Assembly (NCBI GenBank): GCA_021286645.1
Contig: JAJTBZ010000027.1
Coordinates: forward strand, 1-21,077
Origin: Ignavibacteria bacterium
GTDB taxonomy: Bacteria > Bacteroidota > Ignavibacteria > Ignavibacteriales > Ignavibacteriaceae
Reading direction: 5' to 3'
DNA: 21,077 bases
The position numbers and the translations under genes are program-made. The notes below the pieces were generated by a model that saw nothing but the letters and a program-made list of their open reading frames with translations, was not told where the DNA came from and ran no database searches. Shown piece after piece: positions 1 through 9,142 of this stretch (positions are counted from its first letter, which is position 1; the number at the start of each line of letters is the position of its first letter).

Positions 1-1591
1 TTATGTCTGTTAAATATTTATCTGAAATCGATGGAATATTTGTCCAGGTTGTGCCGGCATCATCAGTTTTAAGCATTACCCCATGCCAGCCAACAGCGTA
101 ACCATTTGCTTCATCACTAAACGCCATACCGTATATTATCTGATCGGTAACAGGTTTTATTTTGGTAAATGTTTTTCCATTATCCGAGCTGCGCAGCATA
201 GTTCCTTTGCTGCCCATTATAAAGAGCACGCCCGAAGGATGAACATAGATACGAAACAATGTTTCAGTAACACCGGATTTAATATTTTGCCATGTTAAAC
301 CGCCATCATCGGTTTCCATTACCCGTCCCTGTTCACCTACAATTATTATAGATTTTGCATTGAGCATGAAAATATCATTAATAACTATTTGGTCAGGGTT
401 GTTTACTCTCTGCCATGTAGTGCCTGCATCGGAAGTAATAATAACTGTGCCGCCTTCGCCACAGGCAGCCCCGTTCATATTATCGCAGAAATGGATGCTG
501 TTCATGGTAATGGATGCGGTGGAATTTAAAGCTGTCCAATTACTTCTGGCCACGAAATTCGGATTAGCTTTATAGTCAGAGGTAGTATCAGTTGCAACTC
601 TCGCGCTTTTGGTCAATTTAGGCCAAAATTCTGTCGCGGCGTGGAAAATGACATAAGTAAGCCCGACTAAGCATCCAATTGCAGCTATGGTAAGCAGAGT
701 AAGCTTAATACGGTATCCCAGTTTGCCATCAGATTCTTCGGGATTTTTCTTTTTACCGCCAGGTTTTGATTTATCTAATTTCCGAAGTAATTCATTAACA
801 TCCTCCAAAAACTCTTCGCAGGTCAGGTAGCGCTTCTGAACTACCTTTTCAAGGGATTTGGCAACGATTTTATCAATCTCCGGCGGTACGGAATCTAAAT
901 TTACCGAAACTCTGCCAGGGTTCTTTTTTAAATGGGCTTCCATTATTTCGTACTCTGTGCCCATATCAAATGGGGTTTTACCAACCAGCATTTCATAAAA
1001 CGTTATGCCTATCGAATAGATATCACTTTGCTGAGTAGGTTCTTCGGCTCTAATTTGTTCCGGACTCATATACAGAATTGTACCAATTTTAGTACCGGTT
1101 TTAGTAATCCCTTTATCGAACATGGATTTGGAGATTCCAAAATCCATTATTTTTACCGAACCCTCTTTGCTTATAATGATGTTTGAAGGTTTGATATCGC
1201 GATGAATAAAACCCTTAGAGTGGGCGTAAGCAACGCCTTCAAGAATCTGTTTGAGAATTTTTAAAGCTTCAATTGGATCCAGGCGTTTTTGTTTGTAGAT
1301 AATTTTTTCAAGAGTTTCGCCTTCAACAAACTCCATTGCAATACCAAGAATCCCATTTTCATCGGTAAAGCCATAAACGGGAACAATATTCGGATGAGTT
1401 AATTTAGCCTGGTTTCTTGCTTCGCGCTTAAAACGCTCGATGAACTGCGGATTCATTGCAGATTGGGAGCTAAGTATTTTTAGCGCTACAAAACGCTCAA
1501 GTTTCATATCCAAAGCTTTGTAGACCACTCCCATGCCGCCTTCGCCCAGCATAGAAACTACTTTATAATTTTCAATTACAGAACCAATCAT
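1..1591 (-). CDS. Hanks-type Ser/Thr protein kinase, partial (C-terminus runs off the window edge). It has an N-terminal kinase domain, one transmembrane segment at about nt 637-703, and a C-terminal Asp-box/BNR repeat region of the Ycf48-like beta-propeller type.
   Basis: I translated this frame myself; it is absent from the ORF track because it has no stop within the window. The ATG at 1589-1591 gives MIGSVIENYKVVSMLGEGGMGVVYKA, a Gly-loop. Further kinase motifs are VALKIL, HRDIKPSNIII (catalytic loop), DFGIS and YMSPEQ. A hydrophobic stretch LTLLTIAAIGCLVGLTYVIF follows. After it come four Asp-box motifs about 43 aa apart: SDAGTTW, TDDGGLTW, SSDNGKTF, TDDAGTTW. The frame is open to position 1. 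Confidence 0.85.
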   Translation of the reverse strand, partial: MIGSVIENYKVVSMLGEGGMGVVYKALDMKLERFVALKILSSQSAMNPQFIERFKREARNQAKLTHPNIVPVYGFTDENGILGIAMEFVEGETLEKIIYKQKRLDPIEALKILKQILEGVAYAHSKGFIHRDIKPSNIIISKEGSVKIMDFGISKSMFDKGITKTGTKIGTILYMSPEQIRAEEPTQQSDIYSIGITFYEMLVGKTPFDMGTEYEIMEAHLKKNPGRVSVNLDSVPPEIDKIVAKSLEKVVQKRYLTCEEFLEDVNELLRKLDKSKPGGKKKNPEESDGKLGYRIKLTLLTIAAIGCLVGLTYVIFHAATEFWPKLTKSARVATDTTSDYKANPNFVARSNWTALNSTASITMNSIHFCDNMNGAACGEGGTVIITSDAGTTWQRVNNPDQIVINDIFMLNAKSIIIVGEQGRVMETDDGGLTWQNIKSGVTETLFRIYVHPSGVLFIMGSKGTMLRSSDNGKTFTKIKPVTDQIIYGMAFSDEANGYAVGWHGVMLKTDDAGTTWTNIPSISDKYLTDI

Positions 1592-1605
1592 CGGCGTATC
1601 TATCT

Positions 1606-2340
1606 TTAATTGTGGGTTTGGTTGCTTATAATAACGTATGAATAATTATCGGGAGCGCCCCTGTCTTCAATCATAGCGGAAAGAGTTTTCGACATTTGTT
1701 CAAGGTCATTATTTTTAAGGAGATTCTCTAATTCTTTACTGGATATCACATTACTAACACCATCGCTGCATAAGAGAAATTTCCAACGCTTTGCTTTTTG
1801 TAACTCCAGGGTATCGGTATCTACCATAACATTTGATTTATCGCCAAGGGCTCGCATAATAACATTTTTATGGGGATGTTTATCGGCCTCTTTCGCGGTA
1901 ATTAATCCTTCATCGAGTAATTTCTGAACTACTGAATGATCCTTAGTGATTTGGCGAATAACATTCTCTTCCCAATAATATATGCGGGAATCGCCAACAT
2001 GGCCCCAATAAGCTGCATGCTGATTAATAAACAGCGTGACTACCGTAGTGGCCATGCCCTTATAGTCCGGAGTCTTTTCCGAAGCCTCAATAATAGCACG
2101 GTTCGCAGCAAGGACAGCCATGGAAATTCGAACGGGGATCTCATCCAGTGTATTTTCCATGAAACTGGAATAAATATTGGAAACAGCCAGTTGCGAAGCA
2201 ACTTCTCCGGCATTATTCCCGCCTAAACCATCACAAACAACGGCTAATAGCCCGTCATCAACCTCGAAAACGTCTACAAAATCTTCATTCGTGTTCCTTC
2301 TCAGCCCGGTTCTCGAAGAATAAATATAGCTTAGTTTCAT
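1606..2340 (-). CDS. PP2C-family Ser/Thr protein phosphatase (PrpC/Stp1-like)
   Basis: 244-aa ORF. VCDGLGGNNAGEVAS matches the PrpC-type metal-binding motif and NEDF sits near the N-terminus. The stop is 14 nt upstream of the kinase start, giving the classic stp-stk operon arrangement. Confidence 0.85.
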   Translation of the reverse strand: MKLSYIYSSRTGLRRNTNEDFVDVFEVDDGLLAVVCDGLGGNNAGEVASQLAVSNIYSSFMENTLDEIPVRISMAVLAANRAIIEASEKTPDYKGMATTVVTLFINQHAAYWGHVGDSRIYYWEENVIRQITKDHSVVQKLLDEGLITAKEADKHPHKNVIMRALGDKSNVMVDTDTLELQKAKRWKFLLCSDGVSNVISSKELENLLKNNDLEQMSKTLSAMIEDRGAPDNYSYVIISNQTHN

Positions 2341-2514
2341 ATTTTATTGTATTTAGAAGCTAATGAATAAACTTTTCTATGGTACAGAAACCATGTATGG
2401 ATGCAAATTGTTATGTATCCGATAAAAGGTACAGTTAAATAGTAAGATAAGGAAAATTTTCTTTTTTTCGTTGCATTAAATCACCTTTGGAATTGAGCCC
2501 TGCCAGAATAAGGG

Positions 2515-2540
2515 ATTTGTGTTCTGAATCCCTATATTTG
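2515..2540 (+). promoter_or_regulatory. Candidate promoter for the methyltransferase gene. TATATTTG at 2533-2540 resembles the Bacteroidetes -7 element TAnnTTTG, and a TTTG lies at 2515-2518.
   Basis: Motif match only. The 14-nt spacing between TTTG and the -7 element is shorter than the canonical ~19 nt, and the host uses SD sites, so Bacteroidetes-type promoters may not apply. Confidence 0.2.
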
Positions 2541-2582
2541 TATATATAAACCATTACGAATGATTTAATTTTACGGAATAAA

Positions 2583-3557
2583 GTGCTATCTGGCATGAGT
2601 GATACCAAGATAAATTCACCCAGAAATAAAACAATAATGCTTAGTACCGAGGAAATAGACCGGTATAAAAAAAAACTACTACGGCTTGAAAACAAAGTAT
2701 TTCCAAAGGATATTCTGAATTCAACAATTAATCAGGAACTATTTACCGCCCTGGATTTTCTTCCTGCTTCCTTTGTTGATTTGCTATTTATTGATCCTCC
2801 ATATAATCTGAACAAGGATTTCCTGGATACTAAATTTTCACGAACATCAATCGATAAATACACAGATTATATTGATTCCTGGTTAAGTAAACTTGTGCGT
2901 ATTCTGAAACCAGGAGCTTCGGTTTATATTTGTGGCGATTATTTCTCCTCTACATCAATTCATTTGGCGGCCCAAAAATATTTTACGGTAAGAAATAGAA
3001 TCACCTGGCAAAGGGAAAAGGGAAGAGGGGCAAAAGCAAATTGGAAAAATTCATCAGAAGATATATGGTTTTGTACCTATGGTAATGATTTCAAGTTCTT
3101 TGTCGACAGGGTGAAGGAAAAGAGAAAAGTAATAGCTCCATACCGTGAATCCGGGAAACCGAAAGACTGGGAGGAAACTCCGGAAGGAAACTTTCGCTTA
3201 ACTCATCCTTCAAATATCTGGACTGACCTGACAATTCCATACTGGTCAATGCCGGAAAATACCGAACATCCGACTCAAAAACCTGAAAAACTCCTGGCAA
3301 AAATAATTCTTGCCTCCAGTGATGAGGGTGATGTCATTTTTGATCCTTTCCTTGGCTCCGGAACTACATCAGTGGTAGCTAAAAAACTCGGCAGGCGTTT
3401 TGTTGGTATTGAAAAGGAAGAGTATTTTTGTTTGTTGGCGGAGAAAAGATTACACCTTGCAGAAAATGATTCTTCAATTCAAGGGTATACAAATGGTGTA
3501 TTCTGGGAAAGAAATTCTCTGAGTGAACAGAAGAAGCACGGCAATAATAATAAATAG
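2583..3557 (+). CDS. Beta-class DNA methyltransferase (N6-adenine or N4-cytosine; the DPPY motif favours N6A). It appears orphan, with no adjacent restriction endonuclease gene.
   Basis: FIDPPYNL (motif IV) lies upstream of FDPFLGSGTT (motif I, the AdoMet-binding FxGxG). That order defines the beta class. The start is uncertain: ATG 2583 or ATG 2637. An A9 homopolymer at 2667-2675 lies inside the N-terminal coding region. Confidence 0.8.
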   Translation: MLSGMSDTKINSPRNKTIMLSTEEIDRYKKKLLRLENKVFPKDILNSTINQELFTALDFLPASFVDLLFIDPPYNLNKDFLDTKFSRTSIDKYTDYIDSWLSKLVRILKPGASVYICGDYFSSTSIHLAAQKYFTVRNRITWQREKGRGAKANWKNSSEDIWFCTYGNDFKFFVDRVKEKRKVIAPYRESGKPKDWEETPEGNFRLTHPSNIWTDLTIPYWSMPENTEHPTQKPEKLLAKIILASSDEGDVIFDPFLGSGTTSVVAKKLGRRFVGIEKEEYFCLLAEKRLHLAENDSSIQGYTNGVFWERNSLSEQKKHGNNNK

Positions 3558-3607
3558 CCATTGTTGTGTTGGAAGTGATATTGAAATGTAATTGAAAATT
3601 TGTATTT

Positions 3608-3613
3608 AAGGAG
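3608..3613 (+). promoter_or_regulatory. Shine-Dalgarno AAGGAG for hemL
   Basis: AAGGAG lies 7 nt upstream of ATG 3621. Confidence 0.6.
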
Positions 3614-3620
3614 ATGGATA

Positions 3621-4916
3621 ATGAATAGAGAAAATTCAATTAAATTATTTGAAGAGGCGAAAAAGGTTATACCGGGAGGTGTAAACAGTCCGGTAAGGGC
3701 TTTTAAATCAGTTGGTGGCAGTCCGGTATTTTTTGCTTCCGGGAATGGCAGCCGCATGACCGACGTTGATGGCAATGAATATATAGATTACATCGGTAGT
3801 TGGGGGCCCCACTTATTTGGCCATAATCCTCAGTTTATCCAGGAGGCATTACTGGAGCAAATTAAAAAAGGTGTTTCATTTGGCGCCCCATCTGCTTTGG
3901 AAGTTCAAATGGCAGAATTACTTACACAAATGTTGCCGTCACTCGAAATGGTTCGAATGGTAAATAGTGGCACAGAAGCAACCATGAGCGCGGTGAGAAT
4001 AGCTCGAGGATATACCGGACGGGAAAAAATTATTAAATTTGAAGGCTGCTATCACGGGCATGCAGACTTTTTCCTTATAAAGGCCGGGTCAGGAGCACTT
4101 ACTTTTGGTGTGCCCACCAGTCCCGGAGTTACCAAGGGCAACGCTGCCGACACGCTTATTGCAGATTATAACAATCTTGAATCAGTTGAGAGAATTGTTT
4201 CTGAAAACAAAGGACAAATAGCTGCGATTATACTTGAGCCGGTTGCCGGGAACATGGGAGTTGTTAAAGCTGCCGATGCATTTGTAAAGGGGTTGCGGGA
4301 ACTTTGTACACGAGAGGGTATTATCCTTATTTTTGATGAAGTTATGACCGGTTTCCGTGTAGCTCCCTGTGGGGCGCAGGAAGTTTTAGGTATTACGCCC
4401 GATTTATCAACATTTGGGAAAATAATCGGTGGTGGTTTGCCTGTTGGTGCTTTTGGCGGTAAAAAGGAGATTATGGAAAAGCTTTCTCCGGCCGGGCCAG
4501 TTTATCAGGCCGGTACATTGAGCGGTAACCCGCTGGCAATGGCTGCGGGATATGTCGCTGTAAAGCGTTTGTCGGAGCATAAAGATATATACAAGGAACT
4601 TGAAGAAAAAGCAGCTTACCTGCAGGCAGGTTTTGAGAATCATATTAAAGCTGCAGGCAAAAATTTTCAGGTAAATCGCGTCGGGTCTATGATGACCTTA
4701 TTCTTTACCGAAAAACCGGTAACAGATTTTGCTTCTGCTACTTCTTCAGATACAGTGTTATTCGGTAAATTTTTCCATGAAATGTTAAATCGGGGTGTTT
4801 ACTTACCACCCGCCCAATATGAAGCCCTGTTCATTTCAACTGCTCATACACAGGCGGATTTAGATGAAACAATCGGAGCAATGGGCGAAGCGCTTAAAGC
4901 CGCTTTGCTACAATAA
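3621..4916 (+). CDS. hemL: Glutamate-1-semialdehyde 2,1-aminomutase
   Basis: The N-terminus MNRENSIKLFEEAKKVIPGGVNSPVRAFKSVGG matches HemL. Length and the PLP aminotransferase class III architecture fit. The track ORF begins at an upstream TTG (3600), but ATG 3621 with an AAGGAG SD is the likely true start. Confidence 0.9.
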   Translation: MNRENSIKLFEEAKKVIPGGVNSPVRAFKSVGGSPVFFASGNGSRMTDVDGNEYIDYIGSWGPHLFGHNPQFIQEALLEQIKKGVSFGAPSALEVQMAELLTQMLPSLEMVRMVNSGTEATMSAVRIARGYTGREKIIKFEGCYHGHADFFLIKAGSGALTFGVPTSPGVTKGNAADTLIADYNNLESVERIVSENKGQIAAIILEPVAGNMGVVKAADAFVKGLRELCTREGIILIFDEVMTGFRVAPCGAQEVLGITPDLSTFGKIIGGGLPVGAFGGKKEIMEKLSPAGPVYQAGTLSGNPLAMAAGYVAVKRLSEHKDIYKELEEKAAYLQAGFENHIKAAGKNFQVNRVGSMMTLFFTEKPVTDFASATSSDTVLFGKFFHEMLNRGVYLPPAQYEALFISTAHTQADLDETIGAMGEALKAALLQ

Positions 4917-4928
4917 CAAAAAATTATT

Positions 4929-4960
4929 CCCGGAGGCATCACAGTCTCCGGGTGTTCTTC
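4929..4960 (+). terminator. Probable rho-independent terminator after hemL
   Basis: Perfect 7-bp stem CCCGGAG (4929-4935) / CTCCGGG (4946-4952) with a 10-nt loop, followed by the T-rich TGTTCTTC. Confidence 0.5.
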
Positions 4961-4980
4961 AAAAAAAAGCATTCAGCCTT

Positions 4981-7170
4981 ATGAAAAAGATAATCACACT
5001 TATTTTTGTAGTCGCCTCAATCATTTTTGCTCAAAATACTCAACAGATTACCGGGAAGTGGTTATTTCACCCGGGTGATAATGTAATATTTGCGGATAAA
5101 AATCTTTCTGATAATGATTGGAGTCCAATTCAGGTTCCCGGTCATTGGGAAAACCAAGGATATTCCAATCTCGATGGCTTCGCGTGGTATCGTCTCCATT
5201 TTAGTGTCGCAAATATTAAACCGGGTCAGACGTACTATTTGCTGGCTGGTAAAATTGATGATGCGGACGAAACCTATCTGAATGGAAAAATGGTTGGTAA
5301 AACCGGTAAATTCCCTCCCGAGGCAGATTCAAAATGGGATGTACAACGCGTTTATAAAATTTCAGGAAGTCAACTCGAGAAAACGAATGTTCTCGCAATT
5401 CGTGTTTTTGATATGGGCGGGCCGGGCGGTATTCCCGGAGGCCAATTCGCGCTATTAAACGAGAAGGCATATAAGAACTACCTTAAGGAAGAGAATACTC
5501 CGAAACCATATAAGTACCTGGTAACCGCGAATGGCTTGTTTGCTGCCGTTTATGATCTTACCACACATCAAATTGAAAATGTGTTCCCTCATATTTTCCA
5601 GATGATTGATGATAAGGTGCCTGTCGAACCAATATTGAGTAACCTCAAACCAATACCCGGCGTATTACCGCAGAAAGTTGAATATTATCAGAATACACAT
5701 ATCCTACGTGAAAAGTATCCGAAACATGAGGTTTTCTATTTCTCTCCATTCACTCTTGATGTCCCTGTTTTCGTGGTTGCAATAAAATCATCCAGTGCCG
5801 AATTAGTGAAAAATACTTTTGTTGGGCTCGAAACAAAAAAACAAACGGTATTGAAGGATTCTGCAGTGAATTCCACAGGGGGGCAATGGTTCAAGTATTA
5901 TGTTTTATCCTACAAAGACTCAGGAAACAATGAGGCTGCTGTTGCAAAAGTAATGCATACCATTGCTGAAAATCCTGATTTGGTTAGTAGTGAAGTGAAC
6001 TGGATGAAGAATGTTTTCAAAGCCGCTCATTTACCGAAGAATGTATCAGTGAAGGAGCAGGCTTTATTAGAACAATCGGTAGCTGTGCTGAAGATGGCTC
6101 AGGTAAGTCAGCAAGAAATATATGAAAAAGGAAGAGGCCAGATAGTAGCGTCGTTACCCCCGGGAATTTGGAATATTAGCTGGTTGCGTGATGGTTGTTA
6201 TTCGCTTTCTGCACTTGTTAAGCTGGGGATGTATAAGGAAGCAAAGGCTTATATTAATTTTCTGCTAGGGGCAGATGTGGGCTACTATAAGTCGTTTGTT
6301 CATACCGATAAAAAGGATTATGGGGTAGGACAAGATTACCTGCTTTCAGTTTGCAGATACTTTGGCAACGGGAAGGAAGAAAGTGATTTTAATCAGGATG
6401 GCCCCAATATTGAATTGGATGGTTTCGGGTTGTTTCTCAACAGTTTTAGTGAGTATGTACGGGCCGCAAAAGATGATATAATGTTGAAAGAACAATACCA
6501 ACGGATTCTTGATAAGGTAGTTCGTCCTTTAATTACTTCTATTGCTCCTAATGGGCTTGTACGGGCTGAATCAGGGCCATGGGAAAGGCATTTACCAGGT
6601 AAACAGATTGCCTATACCTCAATTACCGCTGCGAAAGGTTTGGCAGAGTATGCCCGGTTGTTGGATGAAAACAAACTGATGAATCCGGTTGAAATATATA
6701 ATGCCTCAAAGCAAATCAGTTCGGCTATACAGCAACATCTTGTAACAAAAGCCGGTTTTATTAAAGGGACGAATGAGGCTGTTAATGAGAGTGATCATGA
6801 ATTGCTCGATGCGGCAACCTATGAAGCGTTTTTATTTTTGCCGTCATCTTTCTCGGGTATCTTTCAATCGCATCATGATTACTATATGAAGAACTTGCGT
6901 TTAGGGCCAAAACGCGGGGTGAAGCGCGTGAATAAGGGAGATTTTTATGATAGCCAGGAATGGGTGTTTCTTGACTGTCGGATAATCAGCGCGCTCATTA
7001 AGTATGGAAAAAGAGATGAAGCAACTGCCTTACGCAAATGGGTAGTGGCCCAGTCAGCTAAAAATTCTAATTTAATTGCAGAATTATATTATGAAGGTAA
7101 CGCCCGTTATGAGGGTGCGGTGCCTATGGTAGGTTTTGGTGCGGGAGCTTTTATCCTGACGTATTTCTAA
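4981..7170 (+). CDS. Secreted glycoside hydrolase. It has an N-terminal GH2-like sugar-binding beta-sandwich and a C-terminal GH15-type (glucoamylase/glucodextranase-like) (alpha/alpha)6 catalytic domain.
   Basis: The likely start, MKKIITLIFVVASIIFAQ, is a signal peptide. The track ORF starts further upstream and overlaps the hemL 3' end. WSPIQVPGHWENQGY...WYRLHF resembles the GH2 N-terminal jelly roll. ISWLRDGCYSLSALV matches the GH15 W-x-R-D region (compare Aspergillus glucoamylase WTRDS). Confidence 0.7.
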   Translation: MKKIITLIFVVASIIFAQNTQQITGKWLFHPGDNVIFADKNLSDNDWSPIQVPGHWENQGYSNLDGFAWYRLHFSVANIKPGQTYYLLAGKIDDADETYLNGKMVGKTGKFPPEADSKWDVQRVYKISGSQLEKTNVLAIRVFDMGGPGGIPGGQFALLNEKAYKNYLKEENTPKPYKYLVTANGLFAAVYDLTTHQIENVFPHIFQMIDDKVPVEPILSNLKPIPGVLPQKVEYYQNTHILREKYPKHEVFYFSPFTLDVPVFVVAIKSSSAELVKNTFVGLETKKQTVLKDSAVNSTGGQWFKYYVLSYKDSGNNEAAVAKVMHTIAENPDLVSSEVNWMKNVFKAAHLPKNVSVKEQALLEQSVAVLKMAQVSQQEIYEKGRGQIVASLPPGIWNISWLRDGCYSLSALVKLGMYKEAKAYINFLLGADVGYYKSFVHTDKKDYGVGQDYLLSVCRYFGNGKEESDFNQDGPNIELDGFGLFLNSFSEYVRAAKDDIMLKEQYQRILDKVVRPLITSIAPNGLVRAESGPWERHLPGKQIAYTSITAAKGLAEYARLLDENKLMNPVEIYNASKQISSAIQQHLVTKAGFIKGTNEAVNESDHELLDAATYEAFLFLPSSFSGIFQSHHDYYMKNLRLGPKRGVKRVNKGDFYDSQEWVFLDCRIISALIKYGKRDEATALRKWVVAQSAKNSNLIAELYYEGNARYEGAVPMVGFGAGAFILTYF

Positions 7171-7186
7171 TATTCTCTACTGTAAC

Positions 7187-7221
7187 AGGTACTCCGGAAT
7201 ATTAAGTGTTCCGGAGTACCT
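7187..7221. terminator. Bidirectional rho-independent terminator between convergent genes
   Basis: Perfect 13-bp inverted repeat AGGTACTCCGGAA (7187-7199) / TTCCGGAGTACCT (7209-7221) with a 9-nt loop. It overlaps the response-regulator stop codon. Confidence 0.6.
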
Positions 7222-7972
7222 ATTTCGAAGTCCTTGAAATACTCACCAATGATGCCACTTTTCCGGATAATTGACGTAATACAGCGTTTTTATACAACCT
7301 CCCGATAGGCAATTCCGTATTACCTAATTCAATATCAGTCGAGTTGTAGGCTGTAATTTTATTAACCGAGATGATATATGAACGGTGAATTCGTAAGAAT
7401 TTTTCTTCAGGAAGCATTATCTTAATTTGGCCGATTGCAGTTTTTGTTATAAGTTTTTTAGCTGCAAGATGAATGATAATATAATCCTTTAAGCTTTCTA
7501 TATAGATTATTTCATTGAGCAATACTTTCACCATTTTTCTCTCTGTACGGATGAAAATTGACTCACCCGCGGGAGTCAGGTTTGGCTGAGAAAATGCGCC
7601 GCCGTGATTTTGGCCCTGATGGAGAGAGTAGTACCGATCGATAGCTTTTAAGAATCTTTCGAATGAAATGGGTTTCATAAGGTAGTCAACAGCCTGTAAC
7701 TCATAACTTTCTATTGCATATTCCCTGTACGCGGTAGTAAAAATGACAGCGGGCGGTGTATGGAGAGATTTGAGTAAGCTTATGCCATCCAATCCGGGCA
7801 TGTGAATGTCCAGGAATAGTAAATCTATGTGTCTCGTGCGAAGTGTGGAAAAAGCACTGCTCGCATCCTTGCAAGTAGCAACCACATCCATATCGGGTAG
7901 TTTTTCTAAATAGGAAGCGATAATTTCTAATGCCAAAGGCTCATCATCAACCAAAAGACAAGCTGTTTTCAT
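7220..7972 (-). CDS. LytTR-family response regulator (receiver plus LytTR DNA-binding domain)
   Basis: MKTACLLVDDEPLALEII...LFLDIHMPGLDGISLL is a receiver domain with the phospho-acceptor Asp context. The C-terminal region is LytTR-like. The start overlaps the upstream kinase gene by 26 nt. Confidence 0.85.
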   Translation of the reverse strand: MKTACLLVDDEPLALEIIASYLEKLPDMDVVATCKDASSAFSTLRTRHIDLLFLDIHMPGLDGISLLKSLHTPPAVIFTTAYREYAIESYELQAVDYLMKPISFERFLKAIDRYYSLHQGQNHGGAFSQPNLTPAGESIFIRTERKMVKVLLNEIIYIESLKDYIIIHLAAKKLITKTAIGQIKIMLPEEKFLRIHRSYIISVNKITAYNSTDIELGNTELPIGRLYKNAVLRQLSGKVASLVSISRTSK

Positions 7973-9041
7973 CCTGGTTCCCTTTTATTAAAGGCAGTTC
8001 AAGAATAATTGTATAAGTGTTTTCGCTATTCGTAACATCTAAGCTGTAGTTATTAGGGAAAAGCAAGTTTAAGCGTTGCCGAACATTGTCTATTCCGATT
8101 CCCTTTCTTACGAATGAAGGAATTCCAAATTGGTGATCCGGAATACTATTGATTGCTGAAAACTTGATAAACCTGCCATTATGTTGCAAAGAAATATCTA
8201 TCCAGGGCGCTTCACTATCTCTGCTTGCCCCGTGTTTAAAACAGTTCTCAATGAATGGAAACAATACAAGGGGAGGGCAAAGGATGCCCGAAGTATCATC
8301 TATGACCGAATAGCTAATAGATAAGCGACTGCCGTAACGGAGTTTTTCCAATTCAATGTAATCTGTAATAAGGCTCAATTCCTTATCTAACTCAATTACC
8401 TCAGAGTTGGTTTCATAGAGAATAAATTCCATCATTGAAGCAAGTTTTAAAATCATTTCAGGGGTTTGAGGCGCCCCTTTTAGAGATAACGCGTATAAAT
8501 TATTGAGCGCATTAAATAAAAAATGGGGATTCATTTGTGCTTTTAGGAAGCGTAATTCGGCCTCTGCCTTCTCCTTTGCCAGCTGAAGGTTTCTTTCATT
8601 GCTAAAATACCATTGCCGAAACATCTTTATAAAACCAAAAACCAATACGGTTGTATAAACACTAATGAGATGATTTACCAAATAGGTGGGGTAGAAGAAT
8701 CCATGTGTAAAATACATTCGCTGTGCCGCTATGCCGAAAAATCTTAATAGTACCAGGTTCATATAAAGTATTTTCATGCAACAAACACTCGCTATTATCC
8801 ACTCACATGAAAGGATAGCGAACAAAATGTATTTTTGCCTGAACAGGAATTTTGGTACGAGCCAGTAATTGAAGATATATGTACTGACCGCAATTAGCGG
8901 TAAATAGCCCATATATACGGTAAGCGTATTAAAATAATCACGATCAGAATAACCACCTAAAAAAGTGTATAACCCGAGATAGCATATCCAAAACAAGAAA
9001 TGCAAAATGGTTCGGGCAATTAAAGATTTTCGGGTGCTCAT
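7947..9041 (-). CDS. LytS/YehU-type sensor histidine kinase (His_kinase PF06580-like), membrane protein
   Basis: The N-terminal half is hydrophobic and multi-pass. The H-box region LRFLKAQMNPHFLFNALNNLYAL is typical of LytS-family kinases. It is cotranscribed with the LytTR regulator. Confidence 0.85.
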   Translation of the reverse strand: MSTRKSLIARTILHFLFWICYLGLYTFLGGYSDRDYFNTLTVYMGYLPLIAVSTYIFNYWLVPKFLFRQKYILFAILSCEWIIASVCCMKILYMNLVLLRFFGIAAQRMYFTHGFFYPTYLVNHLISVYTTVLVFGFIKMFRQWYFSNERNLQLAKEKAEAELRFLKAQMNPHFLFNALNNLYALSLKGAPQTPEMILKLASMMEFILYETNSEVIELDKELSLITDYIELEKLRYGSRLSISYSVIDDTSGILCPPLVLFPFIENCFKHGASRDSEAPWIDISLQHNGRFIKFSAINSIPDHQFGIPSFVRKGIGIDNVRQRLNLLFPNNYSLDVTNSENTYTIILELPLIKGNQDENSLSFG

Positions 9042-9142
9042 AATCCTATCCAGAATATAATCATTGCATCAGGAAAAATAGGGTTATTAAAATTATTCTT
9101 CAGCGTTAATCGACAAGCCGCGTAAAATAATCGATGAACGAC

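Noticed and set aside
83-1186. Small plus-strand ORFs (83-298, 360-575, 932-1186) and other 60-130-aa ORFs antisense to large genes throughout the window
   Set aside because: They lie entirely within and antisense to well-supported CDSs, have no SD sites, and their products are low-complexity. They are typical shadow ORFs.
4864-4980. Upstream extension of the glycoside hydrolase ORF overlapping the hemL 3' end
   Set aside because: The extension spans the hemL stop and the terminator hairpin. MKKIITLIFVVASIIFAQ at 4981 is a clean signal peptide start.
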